33,177 nt of DNA. It comes from an uncultured bacterium (lineage in GTDB: Bacteria; Fidelibacterota; Marinisomatia; Marinisomatales; UBA1611). Position 1 is the first letter of the stretch; every line of letters begins with the position of its first letter. The notes below the pieces were generated by a model. The model saw nothing but the letters and a program-made list of their open reading frames with translations. It had not been told where the DNA came from and ran no database searches. Shown here piece by piece: positions 25,020 to 33,177 of the stretch. The stretch covers positions 1 to 33,177 of the forward strand of contig CAZPIF010000001.1 of NCBI GenBank assembly GCA_964586565.1. The letters run 5' to 3'. A program made the translations under genes and the position numbers.

Positions 25020-26677
25020 TGCAATTTAGCAAGTATTTTATTTTCAATTTATCGTTTGTCCTTTTTCTTTCTTGTGCTGCGGTTATGGCACCGCCTGGTG
25101 GACCAATAGATGATATCCCACCTGAGCTGGTGGAAGTAAATCCTCCAAATGGTACTGTAAACTTTAATAGTAAAACAGTTGAGTTAAATTTTTCAGAATA
25201 TTTAAATGAGAATACAATTGAACAAAGCTTTGATATCCTGCCAATTCTAGCTAAAAAACCAGTGATTAGCTATAAAGGGAAAAGAGTAATAATTGAATTT
25301 TCTGATTCTTTATTATTTAATCAAACCTACATTATTGTCATCAACAGGAATTTAAGTGATGAACATAACGTAAAAATTGCACAGGGAATTCAAGTAGCAT
25401 TTTCAACAGGCTCCAAAATTGATAAAGGTTTAATCTCAGGCAAAGTGTATTACACAAAGGAGTCATCTTTGCAGTTATGGAAAATTCAAAACCCTGCTGA
25501 TTCTTTATCTTTTTTTAATAGGTTACCAGATTATATCATTGATGCAGATGATGATGGATATTATGAATTCAAATTTCTATCACCGGGTAATTATAGAATA
25601 TTAGGCTTAGATAGAAAGATGTCTAGGTTGCCATTTATCCCAAGTAAAATGGTCCATGGTATGAGTTGGTTTTCAGTAATTGAGATCACAGATGGGAAAA
25701 ATAAAACAGATGTTAATATTAAAATACCTGATCGTGTAGGAGCTGTTAGAATGACAGGTGCGGAGCCTGTTATAGAATCTTGGGGTAGTATTAATTTTTC
25801 TGATGATATAAATGAAATAGAAAATAAATTATTATTTTCTTTTTCTGATGATAGTTCTTTGGTTGTGGATGCTGATGTTTTCCCCGATCCCTTAAGTAGT
25901 AATAAAATAAACTTTAATATTGGTAATTTAAAAAGTGATAACATTATAATTGAGGCTCAAGAATTTCTAGATGGTTCAAAAATTTTACTAGACTCAGGTA
26001 GCGTAAAGATTAGAATGGATACTAAACCTGATACAAATTATCTTTCGATATTGAAACCTCAAGCAAATTATTATCATCCTATAGAATCTGATAATATAAA
26101 ACCATTAAAAATTGTTTTTTCCAGCTTGATAGAATTAAATAGTGCTCTTACTGTATTTTCAATCTCTAAAGATTCACTATCAATCCCAATTGAATATGAA
26201 CAAGAGACGCCGTTATTAGTAAATATTATTCCAAAAAATAACTGGGATCCAAAAAGCACCTACACCTTAAATATTAGGAATAAAGGCATCAATCCATTTT
26301 TTGGAAAGGCATTGAAAGATTCAATAGTATCTATAGAATTTAGAACAAATGACTTTACAGGATTTGGGTCATTAATGCTTAATCTTCCTGATTATTTACC
26401 ACATATTCTTACTGCAGAATTAACAGAAATGAAAAAAGAACATTCGGCTTTAGGAACATATGTAATTTCTGATGGTAAAATAAATATACAACGTATACCA
26501 GAAGGAAATTATTCTTTAATGCTTTTTAAGGATAAAGATAACAATAAAAAATATTCATCAGGCCAAATTCAACCCTATTATTCCTCTGAATGGTTTTATA
26601 ACTATCCTGACACAATAAAAATTAGAGCAAATTGGGAAATTCAAATGGATAATATTATTTTGGATTTAGATAATTAA
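25019..26677 (+). CDS. Ig-like (SbsA/Big_5-type) domain lipoprotein
   Basis: Lipobox FLSC, followed by APPGGPIDDIPPELVEVNPPNGTVNF, the usual N-terminus of FCB-group Ig-like lipoproteins. The remainder is beta-rich. Function unknown. Confidence 0.7.
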   Translation: MQFSKYFIFNLSFVLFLSCAAVMAPPGGPIDDIPPELVEVNPPNGTVNFNSKTVELNFSEYLNENTIEQSFDILPILAKKPVISYKGKRVIIEFSDSLLFNQTYIIVINRNLSDEHNVKIAQGIQVAFSTGSKIDKGLISGKVYYTKESSLQLWKIQNPADSLSFFNRLPDYIIDADDDGYYEFKFLSPGNYRILGLDRKMSRLPFIPSKMVHGMSWFSVIEITDGKNKTDVNIKIPDRVGAVRMTGAEPVIESWGSINFSDDINEIENKLLFSFSDDSSLVVDADVFPDPLSSNKINFNIGNLKSDNIIIEAQEFLDGSKILLDSGSVKIRMDTKPDTNYLSILKPQANYYHPIESDNIKPLKIVFSSLIELNSALTVFSISKDSLSIPIEYEQETPLLVNIIPKNNWDPKSTYTLNIRNKGINPFFGKALKDSIVSIEFRTNDFTGFGSLMLNLPDYLPHILTAELTEMKKEHSALGTYVISDGKINIQRIPEGNYSLMLFKDKDNNKKYSSGQIQPYYSSEWFYNYPDTIKIRANWEIQMDNIILDLDN

Positions 26678-26678
26678 T

Positions 26679-27737
26679 ATGAATTGTGTAATTCTTGCCG
26701 GTGGTATTGGTAGTCGTTTTTGGCCATATAGTAGAGCAAAGAGACCAAAACAATTATTGAACATAATCGGTGAAAAATCTATGCTTCAAATGACTGTTGA
26801 TCGTCTAAAAAAAATTAAAAAAATTAAAAAAATATATATTATTACACGCAAAGAGCTTTATGATCAAATCACTACTGAAATTAAAGGTATTGATGTTGAT
26901 AATGTTATAGTCGAACCCTCAGGAAAGAATACTGCTCCTGCGATTGGTATGATGGCTTCAATGTTTTCATTAAACGAACCTGATAATGTTATGGGTGTCT
27001 TTCCTGCGGATCATTTGATTGTCGGTCATCAAAAATTTGAGAAAGCAATTAATACTGCATATTACCTTGCAAATAAGGGAGATAGCCTTGTTACGATTGG
27101 AATAAAGCCAGATCATGCATCTACAGCATATGGCTATGTTCAATATGATGATAAAAGTGAGAAAGATCATATAGGCGCTTACCATGTAAAAACATTCGCT
27201 GAAAAACCTCATCAAAAACTTGCCGAACGTTTTATATCAAGTGGTGATTTTTTTTGGAATGCAGGCATGTTTTTTTGGAAAGTTTCTACATTTATGGAAA
27301 GTATAAAAACATATATCCCTGATTTATATGAAACATTGATCAAGATAGCTCCAAAAATAAATTCTGGTCAAAACTTTAATAATTTGTGGAAGATTATTGA
27401 ACCTGAATCGATTGATTATGGCCTACTAGAGAAGGCTTCTAATATTTATGTAGTTGAGGGTAAGTTCAGTTGGAATGATATAGGGTCTTGGAATGCGATT
27501 TACGAGATATTTGGTGACAAAAAAAATAAGAATGTTATTAGAGGAAAAGGTCATGTAATGAATGGGGAAAATAATCTTATATTTTCTCAAGAAAAATTTA
27601 CAGCCATTATTGGAGCCAGCGATTTGGTTGTCATCAGTACAGATGATGCTACTCTTGTTGTGCCAGAAAATAAAGTAGAGGATATTAAATCTATGGTTGA
27701 ATACTTAAAAAATAATGGTAGAAATAAATTAGTATAA
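26679..27737 (+). CDS. manC: Mannose-1-phosphate guanylyltransferase (GMP domain only; no cupin isomerase domain)
   Basis: N-terminal ILAGGIGSRFWPYSR nucleotidyltransferase signature, with EPSGKNTAPAI and FAEKP blocks. 352 aa. Confidence 0.9.
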   Translation: MNCVILAGGIGSRFWPYSRAKRPKQLLNIIGEKSMLQMTVDRLKKIKKIKKIYIITRKELYDQITTEIKGIDVDNVIVEPSGKNTAPAIGMMASMFSLNEPDNVMGVFPADHLIVGHQKFEKAINTAYYLANKGDSLVTIGIKPDHASTAYGYVQYDDKSEKDHIGAYHVKTFAEKPHQKLAERFISSGDFFWNAGMFFWKVSTFMESIKTYIPDLYETLIKIAPKINSGQNFNNLWKIIEPESIDYGLLEKASNIYVVEGKFSWNDIGSWNAIYEIFGDKKNKNVIRGKGHVMNGENNLIFSQEKFTAIIGASDLVVISTDDATLVVPENKVEDIKSMVEYLKNNGRNKLV

Positions 27738-27997
27738 TGAAAAATGAAAAACTGTATAGTGAACTTGAAGAAATTGCTAAACGTTTAGGGCTTAGGATAC
27801 TTAAAGGTAAGGGCGATTTTTTAGGTGGAATATGTAAAGTACATAATGAGACAGTCATAGTCGTAAACAAAATGAAACCAATTGAGCAACGTTTAAAGAC
27901 ATTAGCGAATTGCTATTTAGAATTTGATTTAGATAAAATATACATGGTCCCAGCAGCAAGAGCTTTCATTGAAGAGTATAGAACCTTAGATCTTTAA
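27737..27997 (+). CDS. Hypothetical small soluble protein (86 aa)
   Basis: Open frame coupled to manC by a TAATG overlap. No family recognised. Confidence 0.5.
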   Translation: MKNEKLYSELEEIAKRLGLRILKGKGDFLGGICKVHNETVIVVNKMKPIEQRLKTLANCYLEFDLDKIYMVPAARAFIEEYRTLDL

Positions 27998-28079
27998 ATT
28001 TCTTGATTTTAGTTACTTGAGTTGTTACAATCACCACCTTCTGTTTTTTATATATATATTATATTTATGAGGATATAGC

Positions 28080-30155
28080 ATGAAACAATTTTCATCATCA
28101 GATATAAGGAACTTCGCAGTTGTAGGGCATGGTGCCTCAGGAAAAACTTGCCTAACAGAAGCAATGCTTAAGCTTGGCAAAGAGATTAACCGCTTAGGAA
28201 TAATAGAAGATGGGTCCACGACTTCAGATTATCACTCTGGAGAGAAAGCAAGACAAATTTCTATCCACAATACACCTCTTCATATGACATGGAAAGACAA
28301 AAAATTTAATATTATTGATACTCCAGGCTATTCTGATTTTATAGGCGAAGCGTTAGGAGCACTAAATGTAGTTGATATGGCTGTTATTGCCATTCATGCA
28401 GTAAATGGAGTAGAAGTTTGCACAGAGACAATGTGGAGTCATGCCTCTAAGTTGGGCATTCCTAAAATGTTGGTGGTCAACGGATTAGACAGAGAGCATA
28501 CAAAATTTGAAGAAATTCTTGCTCAAGCTCGAAGACGATTTGGAAACAATATTTTCCCAATGCAACTACCTGTAAATGAGGGTCCTGGTTATAATCAGAA
28601 TGTTGATGTATTGAGGACAGAATTGATTTCCTATGAGAATAATGGTTCTGGGAAAATGACTGAGGGTGAATTACCAGATGAATTAAAAGAGAAAGTGAAG
28701 ACTCTCCATGAAGAATTAATTGAATATGTAGCTGAATCAGATGATACCCTGTTAGAAAAATTTTTTGAGAAAGGTAACCTTACTGAGGAGGAGATGAGGA
28801 ATGGAATCCACAGAGCTATTCAAGACCAGATATTTGTGCCTTTATTTTGTACTTCTTCTACCACTAATATAGGAGTTGCACGCGTTTGTGATTTTATTTC
28901 AAAATATGGTTCTTCTCCTGATGATAGAAAAACAGTTACTGCTCATGATGAGCAAGGTAATGATGTAGATGTTTCGCTTGATGGTAATGATACTGTACTA
29001 CAAATTTTTAAAACTATGTCTGAAGCACATATTGGTGAATTTTCTTTTTTCAGAGTTTATTCTGGTAAAGTAAAAACCGGGAAAGATTATTACAACACAA
29101 ATCGGAATATTAATGAGAGGTTTGGGCAGATGTTTTTACTAAATGGTAAAAACAGGACACAAGTTGATCAGTTATTTGCAGGTGATATTGGTGGGGTAGT
29201 AAAGTTAAAAGATACACACACTGGCAATACACTTTCTTCTGGTAAGCATCTTAAACTTCCTGAACTATCACTCCCTAATCCCAATATACATGCAGCAATT
29301 AGACCAACAGCTAAGGGCGATGAAGAAAAACTTGCTATTGGCCTTGCAACCCTTCATGAGGAAGACAGCACTTTTGTTTACAGAGTGGATTCAGAAGTAA
29401 ATCAAACAATTATTTCAGGGCAAGGTGAATTACATTTAACCGTTTCGACAGAACGATTGAAAAGAAGATTTGGAATTGATATTCAGCTTGAGGAACCAAA
29501 GATCCCATTTAGAGAAACAATAACAAAAAAGGCCGCATCCAAATATCGACATAAAAAACAGTCAGGTGGGGCAGGACAATTTGCTGAAGTATGGATGAGA
29601 ATTGAGCCAAGACCAAAAGGAGAGGGTATTGACTTTACACATTCATTGGTGGGGCAGAATGTTGACCGTGTATTTGTTCCATCTGTTGAAAAAGGTGTAA
29701 AAACTGCATGTGCTGAGGGTATTTTAGCTGGATCAAATGTTGTTGATATCAAAGTAGATTTCTATGATGGGAAGATGCACCCAGTTGATTCAAAAGACAT
29801 AGCATTCCAAACAGCAGGAAAACATGCATTTAGAGAAGCTTTTCTTAGTGCGCAACCTTGTTTGTTAGAACCGATTATGGATATTGAGGTAAAGATTCCT
29901 GAGGAATACATGGGAGATATCATGGGAGATATTTCAGGGAAACGGGGAAAGATAATGGGTATGGAGGCAGATGGTACTTTTCAGATAATTAAGGCAAAAG
30001 TGCCACAGGCTGAGTTATATCATTATGCTACAACAGTACGTTCATTAACGGGTGGTAGAGGTATTCATTCTGAATCGCTAAGCCACTATGAAAAAATGCC
30101 AAAAGATTATGAACAAAAAGTAATTCAAAAAAGGCAAAAAGTTGAAGATGAATAA
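28080..30155 (+). CDS. Elongation factor G paralogue (EF-G2-like translational GTPase)
   Basis: Five-domain EF-G length (691 aa). G1 is GHGASGKT, G3 is DTPGYSDF. G4 is NGLD instead of NKxD. Switch-I is RQISI instead of RGITI. EF-G domain IV/V blocks are present (SGGAGQFA, VDSKDIAFQTAG). It is not in an rpsL-rpsG-fusA-tuf context. Confidence 0.88.
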   Translation: MKQFSSSDIRNFAVVGHGASGKTCLTEAMLKLGKEINRLGIIEDGSTTSDYHSGEKARQISIHNTPLHMTWKDKKFNIIDTPGYSDFIGEALGALNVVDMAVIAIHAVNGVEVCTETMWSHASKLGIPKMLVVNGLDREHTKFEEILAQARRRFGNNIFPMQLPVNEGPGYNQNVDVLRTELISYENNGSGKMTEGELPDELKEKVKTLHEELIEYVAESDDTLLEKFFEKGNLTEEEMRNGIHRAIQDQIFVPLFCTSSTTNIGVARVCDFISKYGSSPDDRKTVTAHDEQGNDVDVSLDGNDTVLQIFKTMSEAHIGEFSFFRVYSGKVKTGKDYYNTNRNINERFGQMFLLNGKNRTQVDQLFAGDIGGVVKLKDTHTGNTLSSGKHLKLPELSLPNPNIHAAIRPTAKGDEEKLAIGLATLHEEDSTFVYRVDSEVNQTIISGQGELHLTVSTERLKRRFGIDIQLEEPKIPFRETITKKAASKYRHKKQSGGAGQFAEVWMRIEPRPKGEGIDFTHSLVGQNVDRVFVPSVEKGVKTACAEGILAGSNVVDIKVDFYDGKMHPVDSKDIAFQTAGKHAFREAFLSAQPCLLEPIMDIEVKIPEEYMGDIMGDISGKRGKIMGMEADGTFQIIKAKVPQAELYHYATTVRSLTGGRGIHSESLSHYEKMPKDYEQKVIQKRQKVEDE

Positions 30156-30648
30156 ACTTTGGGCACCCTGGCGAATTGATTACATTAGAACACCCAAGGA
30201 AAAAAAATGTATTTTTTGCCAAAAATCAAAATCATCTGACGATGATGAAAATCTCATACTATACAGAGGTAAAGAATCTTTTATTATAATGAATTTTTAC
30301 CCCTATTCAAATGGACATTTAATGATATCTCCTTTTATGCATACTGCAGACACTAATGATATTTCCGTTTCAGGAAATGCTGAAATCATGGCTCTCGCTA
30401 ATTGTTCTATGGGTATAATAAAGGAAACGATGAACGCTGAGGGTTTTAATTTTGGAGCTAATTTGGGGAAAGCTGGTGGAGCTGGAATTGAAGAGCATTT
30501 ACATTATCATATAGTACCCCGCTGGATCGGAGATACTAGTTTTATGCCGGTAGTTGGTAATACGAAAGTAATGGTTGAAGGTTTACAAGAAACATGGGCT
30601 AATTTAAAACCCTATTTTGATAAAATAGAAGGAAGCATAAAATGTTAG
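30148..30648 (+). CDS. HIT-family protein (Ap4A phosphorylase/nucleotidyl-transferase-like branch)
   Basis: Histidine triad HLHYHIVPR. The N-terminal LWAPWRIDYI...C.FC block is typical of the Ap4A-phosphorylase-like HIT branch. I prefer ATG 30148 over the track's TTG 30142. It overlaps the EF-G stop by 8 nt (ATGAATAA). Confidence 0.82.
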   Translation: MNKLWAPWRIDYIRTPKEKKCIFCQKSKSSDDDENLILYRGKESFIIMNFYPYSNGHLMISPFMHTADTNDISVSGNAEIMALANCSMGIIKETMNAEGFNFGANLGKAGGAGIEEHLHYHIVPRWIGDTSFMPVVGNTKVMVEGLQETWANLKPYFDKIEGSIKC

Positions 30649-30941
30649 ATTTTAATCGTATTTGGTTACCATATTTATATCTATATATAGTAGGTGGTGG
30701 TATTTTTTGTATAGGTATGTTTATTATTTTGAAATCTAAATCTTTAAATATAGATAGGCTTAGGCATAAAAAATGGTTCTATATATTAATTTTTGGTCTT
30801 CTTTATTACATGGGAATACATGGTCTCTTTACTTTTGCTGCTATTGGGAAAGCTATAATTTCATTAGTTATTGCTCTATTTTTAGTTGGAATGATTATGC
30901 AATTAGCAGTTACTGTATTTACTAAATCGAATAAAATTTAA
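30642..30941 (+). CDS. Small integral membrane protein (99 aa, about 3 TM), possible accessory subunit of the downstream symporter
   Basis: Three hydrophobic segments. It has a 7-nt overlap with the HIT gene and ends 2 nt before the symporter start. No family recognised. Confidence 0.6.
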   Translation: MLDFNRIWLPYLYLYIVGGGIFCIGMFIILKSKSLNIDRLRHKKWFYILIFGLLYYMGIHGLFTFAAIGKAIISLVIALFLVGMIMQLAVTVFTKSNKI

Positions 30942-30943
30942 TT

Positions 30944-32791
30944 TTGGAAACTTCAATTCAAACTTCATCATTTTTTTGGGTAATAATCTTTGGATATTTT
31001 ACTCTAGTTTTAGGCTTTGGTTCTTTCTTTGCTAGATATAATAAAACCACGCAAGACTTTTTTTTCAGTGGAAGACGATTTTCGTGGTGGTTAGTAACTA
31101 TGAGTATAGTTGCAACTGGTGTTGGGAGTCATAGTTTTTTAAAATATTCAGCAAAAGCCTATGAGCATGGTTTTTCATCTACTATGACTTACATGAATGA
31201 TTGGTTTTTTATGCCACTATTTCTTTTTGGATGGTTACCGATTGTCTACTACACAAAAATACGATCAATACCTGATTATTTTGAAAGGCGTTTTAATCCA
31301 GGTGTAAGAGTATTAGCTACTATCGCAATTCTTGGTTATATGATTGGATATATTGCAATTGGTTTTCTCACTATGGGGAAAACTTTAGAGCCTCTTTTAG
31401 GATTAGATTTATATACAATTATTTTTATTGTTGCCATTATTTCAGGAGTTTATATCACCTTTGGTGGTCAGACTGCAGTCATTTTTACGGATCTTGCTCA
31501 GGGTTTTATTTTAATTTTTGCAGGAATAATAGTTTTTCTGATGGGCATTAACTATGTAGGTGGTTTTTCAATATTTTGGAATGCTCTTTCTCCAGAGTTT
31601 AAGTTGCCACTTGCTCATTTTAATCACCCCGCAAATTTCAATTTTGTAGGTATCTTTTGGCAAGATGGTGTAGCTGGATCTGTTGGGTTTTTATTTATGA
31701 ATCAAGGTCTGATAATGAGATTTATGGCTTGCAAATCGGTACACGAAGGTCGTAAGGCTGCAGCATTTAATGTCATTGTTCTCCTGCCTATTTCAACAAT
31801 AGTTGTTTCTAATGCAGGCTGGGTGGGGAAAGCTATAAGTGTCGTTACTCCTGAAGCTTGGAACACGGCAACAAAACTTGATCATGTTTTTACACAGGTT
31901 GCCTATTTAATAACAGGTAGCGAAGTCGTTTTTGCTTTTGTAATTGCAGCTGTTGCAGCTGCACTAATGAGTACAGTTGATACTCTTATCAATGCTGTTG
32001 CTGCAGTGGTTATAAATGATGTATACAGGCCTCTTGTTAAGGATAAAGATGATAAACATTATTTAAAAGTTGCTATGATTGTTTCTGCAGGAGCAACAGC
32101 TATTGGTGCAGTTACTACTATATTTTTTGATAATTTTCCTACTCTTTATGAGGCTCATGGTTTTTTCCATAGCACAATGACACCTCCATTAGTTGTGGCT
32201 ATTTTTCTTGGAATCTTTTGGAAGCGATATAATACTCCTGCCGCTATTGCGACTTTTTTAGGAGGTGCAGTATTGATGGCAATAGGTGGAAAGTATCCTG
32301 AAATTTTCATATCACCATTTGACCATGGTATTGAATTCAATCCCGAAAGACCTTACTCTTATATAAGAGCTTTATATAATACATTAGTCTGCTCTGCTTC
32401 TGGAGTAATTGTTGGATTTTTAACCTCGCCACCAAATGAAGAAAAAACAGATGGCCTTACTGTGTGGTCTTTAAATAAAGCCAGAGAAATATTTAAAGGA
32501 GGTGCACCAAATGATCGTCCAGGAGAATCAATAAAATTACAATGGGTTGTTAAAGAGAGCTTAGATGATACTGTAGAAATTTCTATCAATGATATGGAAG
32601 TAATGTCTGCAGATGTAGGAGATATGGTTTATCTTTCTGATGAGAGAAAGTGGTTAGGTGGTTTAAAATCGTTTCACTCAGTTTTTGGCGAACCACATAA
32701 TGAAGATGGGAAAGTATATATTAGTCAGAACCATGTCGATTCTGCAATGCTTGATAATAAAAATAAACTACGGGCTGAGAAGGAATTGTAA
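30944..32791 (+). CDS. Sodium:solute symporter family permease with about 119-aa C-terminal soluble extension
   Basis: SSS-like polytopic protein (FFSGRRFSWW, TDLAQG, long TM series). TTG start. The hydrophilic tail from about 32434 has no TM segments. Confidence 0.88.
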   Translation: METSIQTSSFFWVIIFGYFTLVLGFGSFFARYNKTTQDFFFSGRRFSWWLVTMSIVATGVGSHSFLKYSAKAYEHGFSSTMTYMNDWFFMPLFLFGWLPIVYYTKIRSIPDYFERRFNPGVRVLATIAILGYMIGYIAIGFLTMGKTLEPLLGLDLYTIIFIVAIISGVYITFGGQTAVIFTDLAQGFILIFAGIIVFLMGINYVGGFSIFWNALSPEFKLPLAHFNHPANFNFVGIFWQDGVAGSVGFLFMNQGLIMRFMACKSVHEGRKAAAFNVIVLLPISTIVVSNAGWVGKAISVVTPEAWNTATKLDHVFTQVAYLITGSEVVFAFVIAAVAAALMSTVDTLINAVAAVVINDVYRPLVKDKDDKHYLKVAMIVSAGATAIGAVTTIFFDNFPTLYEAHGFFHSTMTPPLVVAIFLGIFWKRYNTPAAIATFLGGAVLMAIGGKYPEIFISPFDHGIEFNPERPYSYIRALYNTLVCSASGVIVGFLTSPPNEEKTDGLTVWSLNKAREIFKGGAPNDRPGESIKLQWVVKESLDDTVEISINDMEVMSADVGDMVYLSDERKWLGGLKSFHSVFGEPHNEDGKVYISQNHVDSAMLDNKNKLRAEKEL

Positions 32792-32850
32792 CTTTGAGTG
32801 GGTGCATAAACACAGTAAATTCGCCATCTTTTTTATTTTAATTTAGTTAT

Positions 32851-32923
32851 TCCGGAGTAGCTCAGTTGGTAGAGCAGGTGGCTGTTAACCACTTTGTCGG
32901 GGGTTCGAGTCCCTCCTCCGGAG
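32851..32923 (+). tRNA. tRNA-Asn (anticodon GTT)
   Basis: Hand-folded cloverleaf: acceptor TCCGGAG/CTCCGGA, D-arm GCTC-AGTTGGTA-GAGC, anticodon arm GGTGG-CTGTTAA-CCACT, variable TTGTC, T-arm GGGGG-TTCGAGT-CCCTC, discriminator G. The 3' CCA is not encoded (the gene is followed by CAT). Confidence 0.93.
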
Positions 32924-32929
32924 CATTTT

Positions 32930-32961
32930 AGCCTCTATGACTTTAGGGGCTTTTTATTTTT
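32930..32961 (+). terminator. Rho-independent terminator after tRNA-Asn
   Basis: Stem AGCCTCTA / TAGGGGCT (8 bp including one G-U) with loop TGACTT, followed by TTTTATTTTT. Confidence 0.6.
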
Positions 32962-33177
32962 CCATATTAGATATATCTCATTTATTCCAACAAAAAGAAA
33001 GAATAAAAATAGTGCAGCAAAACACATTTCATTTACTTGCATTAGTGTACCCACCCATTTATGTCCCATTATAAAAAGGATGCCAAGGAAAGGCGGCCCA
33101 ATACATAAAAAGAGATGGTAACTAAAAAGTCCAAAACAAAAATTTAAATTTCTAGTTACAATAAATAATGAAAGTGG
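32935..33177 (-). CDS. 3' end of a membrane protein gene running off the window (partial, 80 codons)
   Basis: Manual reverse-complement translation is open from the window edge to TAG at 32935-32937: PLSLFIVTRNLNFCFGLFSYHLFLCIGPPFLGILFIMGHKWVGTLMQVNEMCFAALFLFFLFVGINEIYLIWKNKKPLKS. An 80-codon open hydrophobic frame is unlikely by chance in DNA this AT-rich. No family recognised. Confidence 0.35.
   Translation of the reverse strand, partial: PLSLFIVTRNLNFCFGLFSYHLFLCIGPPFLGILFIMGHKWVGTLMQVNEMCFAALFLFFLFVGINEIYLIWKNKKPLKS

Noticed and set aside
32894-33121. 75-aa plus-strand ORF overlapping the tRNA and terminator
   Set aside because: It starts inside the tRNA-Asn gene and runs through the terminator hairpin. 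Its translation is low complexity, and the opposite strand carries a more plausible hydrophobic open frame.
32851-33177. tRNA-Asn as the edge of an integrated mobile element or genomic island
   Set aside because: No integrase, direct repeat of the tRNA 3' end, or compositional shift is visible within the 250 nt that remain downstream. Those 250 nt look like an ordinary convergent membrane-protein gene. This cannot be evaluated beyond the window edge.
1-33177. CRISPR arrays, large direct or inverted repeats, IS elements, prophage, toxin-antitoxin or known defence-system genes
   Set aside because: Reading through all intergenic spacers (all 272 nt or shorter) and all ORF translations, I saw none. 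This was a by-eye search, so short dispersed repeats could have been missed.

Overview
Densely coding, visibly AT-rich bacterial chromosomal window (about one-third G+C by eye, not computed). I found no transposase, integrase, CRISPR array, toxin-antitoxin or recognisable defence genes, so it reads as core genome rather than an accessory island. Gene content suggests a marine FCB-superphylum-like organism (Bacteroidota/Marinimicrobia-type): CarboxypepD_reg+plug outer-membrane barrels, Ig-like lipoproteins, a PD40/Omp85 fusion, scarce Shine-Dalgarno sites and several TTG/GTG starts. That taxonomy is inference only. Layout: (1) stand-alone Lon-N protein and a DUF4212 + Na+/solute symporter pair. 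(2) A minus-strand envelope/lipid block: TonB-type barrel, CDP-alcohol phosphatidyltransferase, family I.5-like lipase, PHP phosphoesterase, CarboxypepD_reg protein, HEAT lipoprotein, LpxH. (3) A plus-strand run: giant HExxH-PD40-Omp85 protein, radA, tgt, NUDIX, bcp. (4) A minus-strand homogentisate (tyrosine catabolism) operon plus a degenerate adenylate-forming-enzyme homologue. (5) A plus-strand run: sfsA, Ig-like lipoprotein, manC, small protein, EF-G paralogue, HIT protein, small membrane protein, second symporter, tRNA-Asn. The strongest hidden signal is a BCP/PrxQ peroxiredoxin that the ORF track truncates to its C-terminal 63 aa. The full gene (17841..18296) has an in-frame TGA at the exact peroxidatic-Cys codon, followed by a two-tier stem-loop with a G-rich apical loop. 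TGA is an ordinary stop elsewhere in the window, so this is a candidate selenocysteine-recoded peroxiredoxin. I did not find a convincing multi-gene novel system; the other findings are architectural or context oddities of moderate or low interest.
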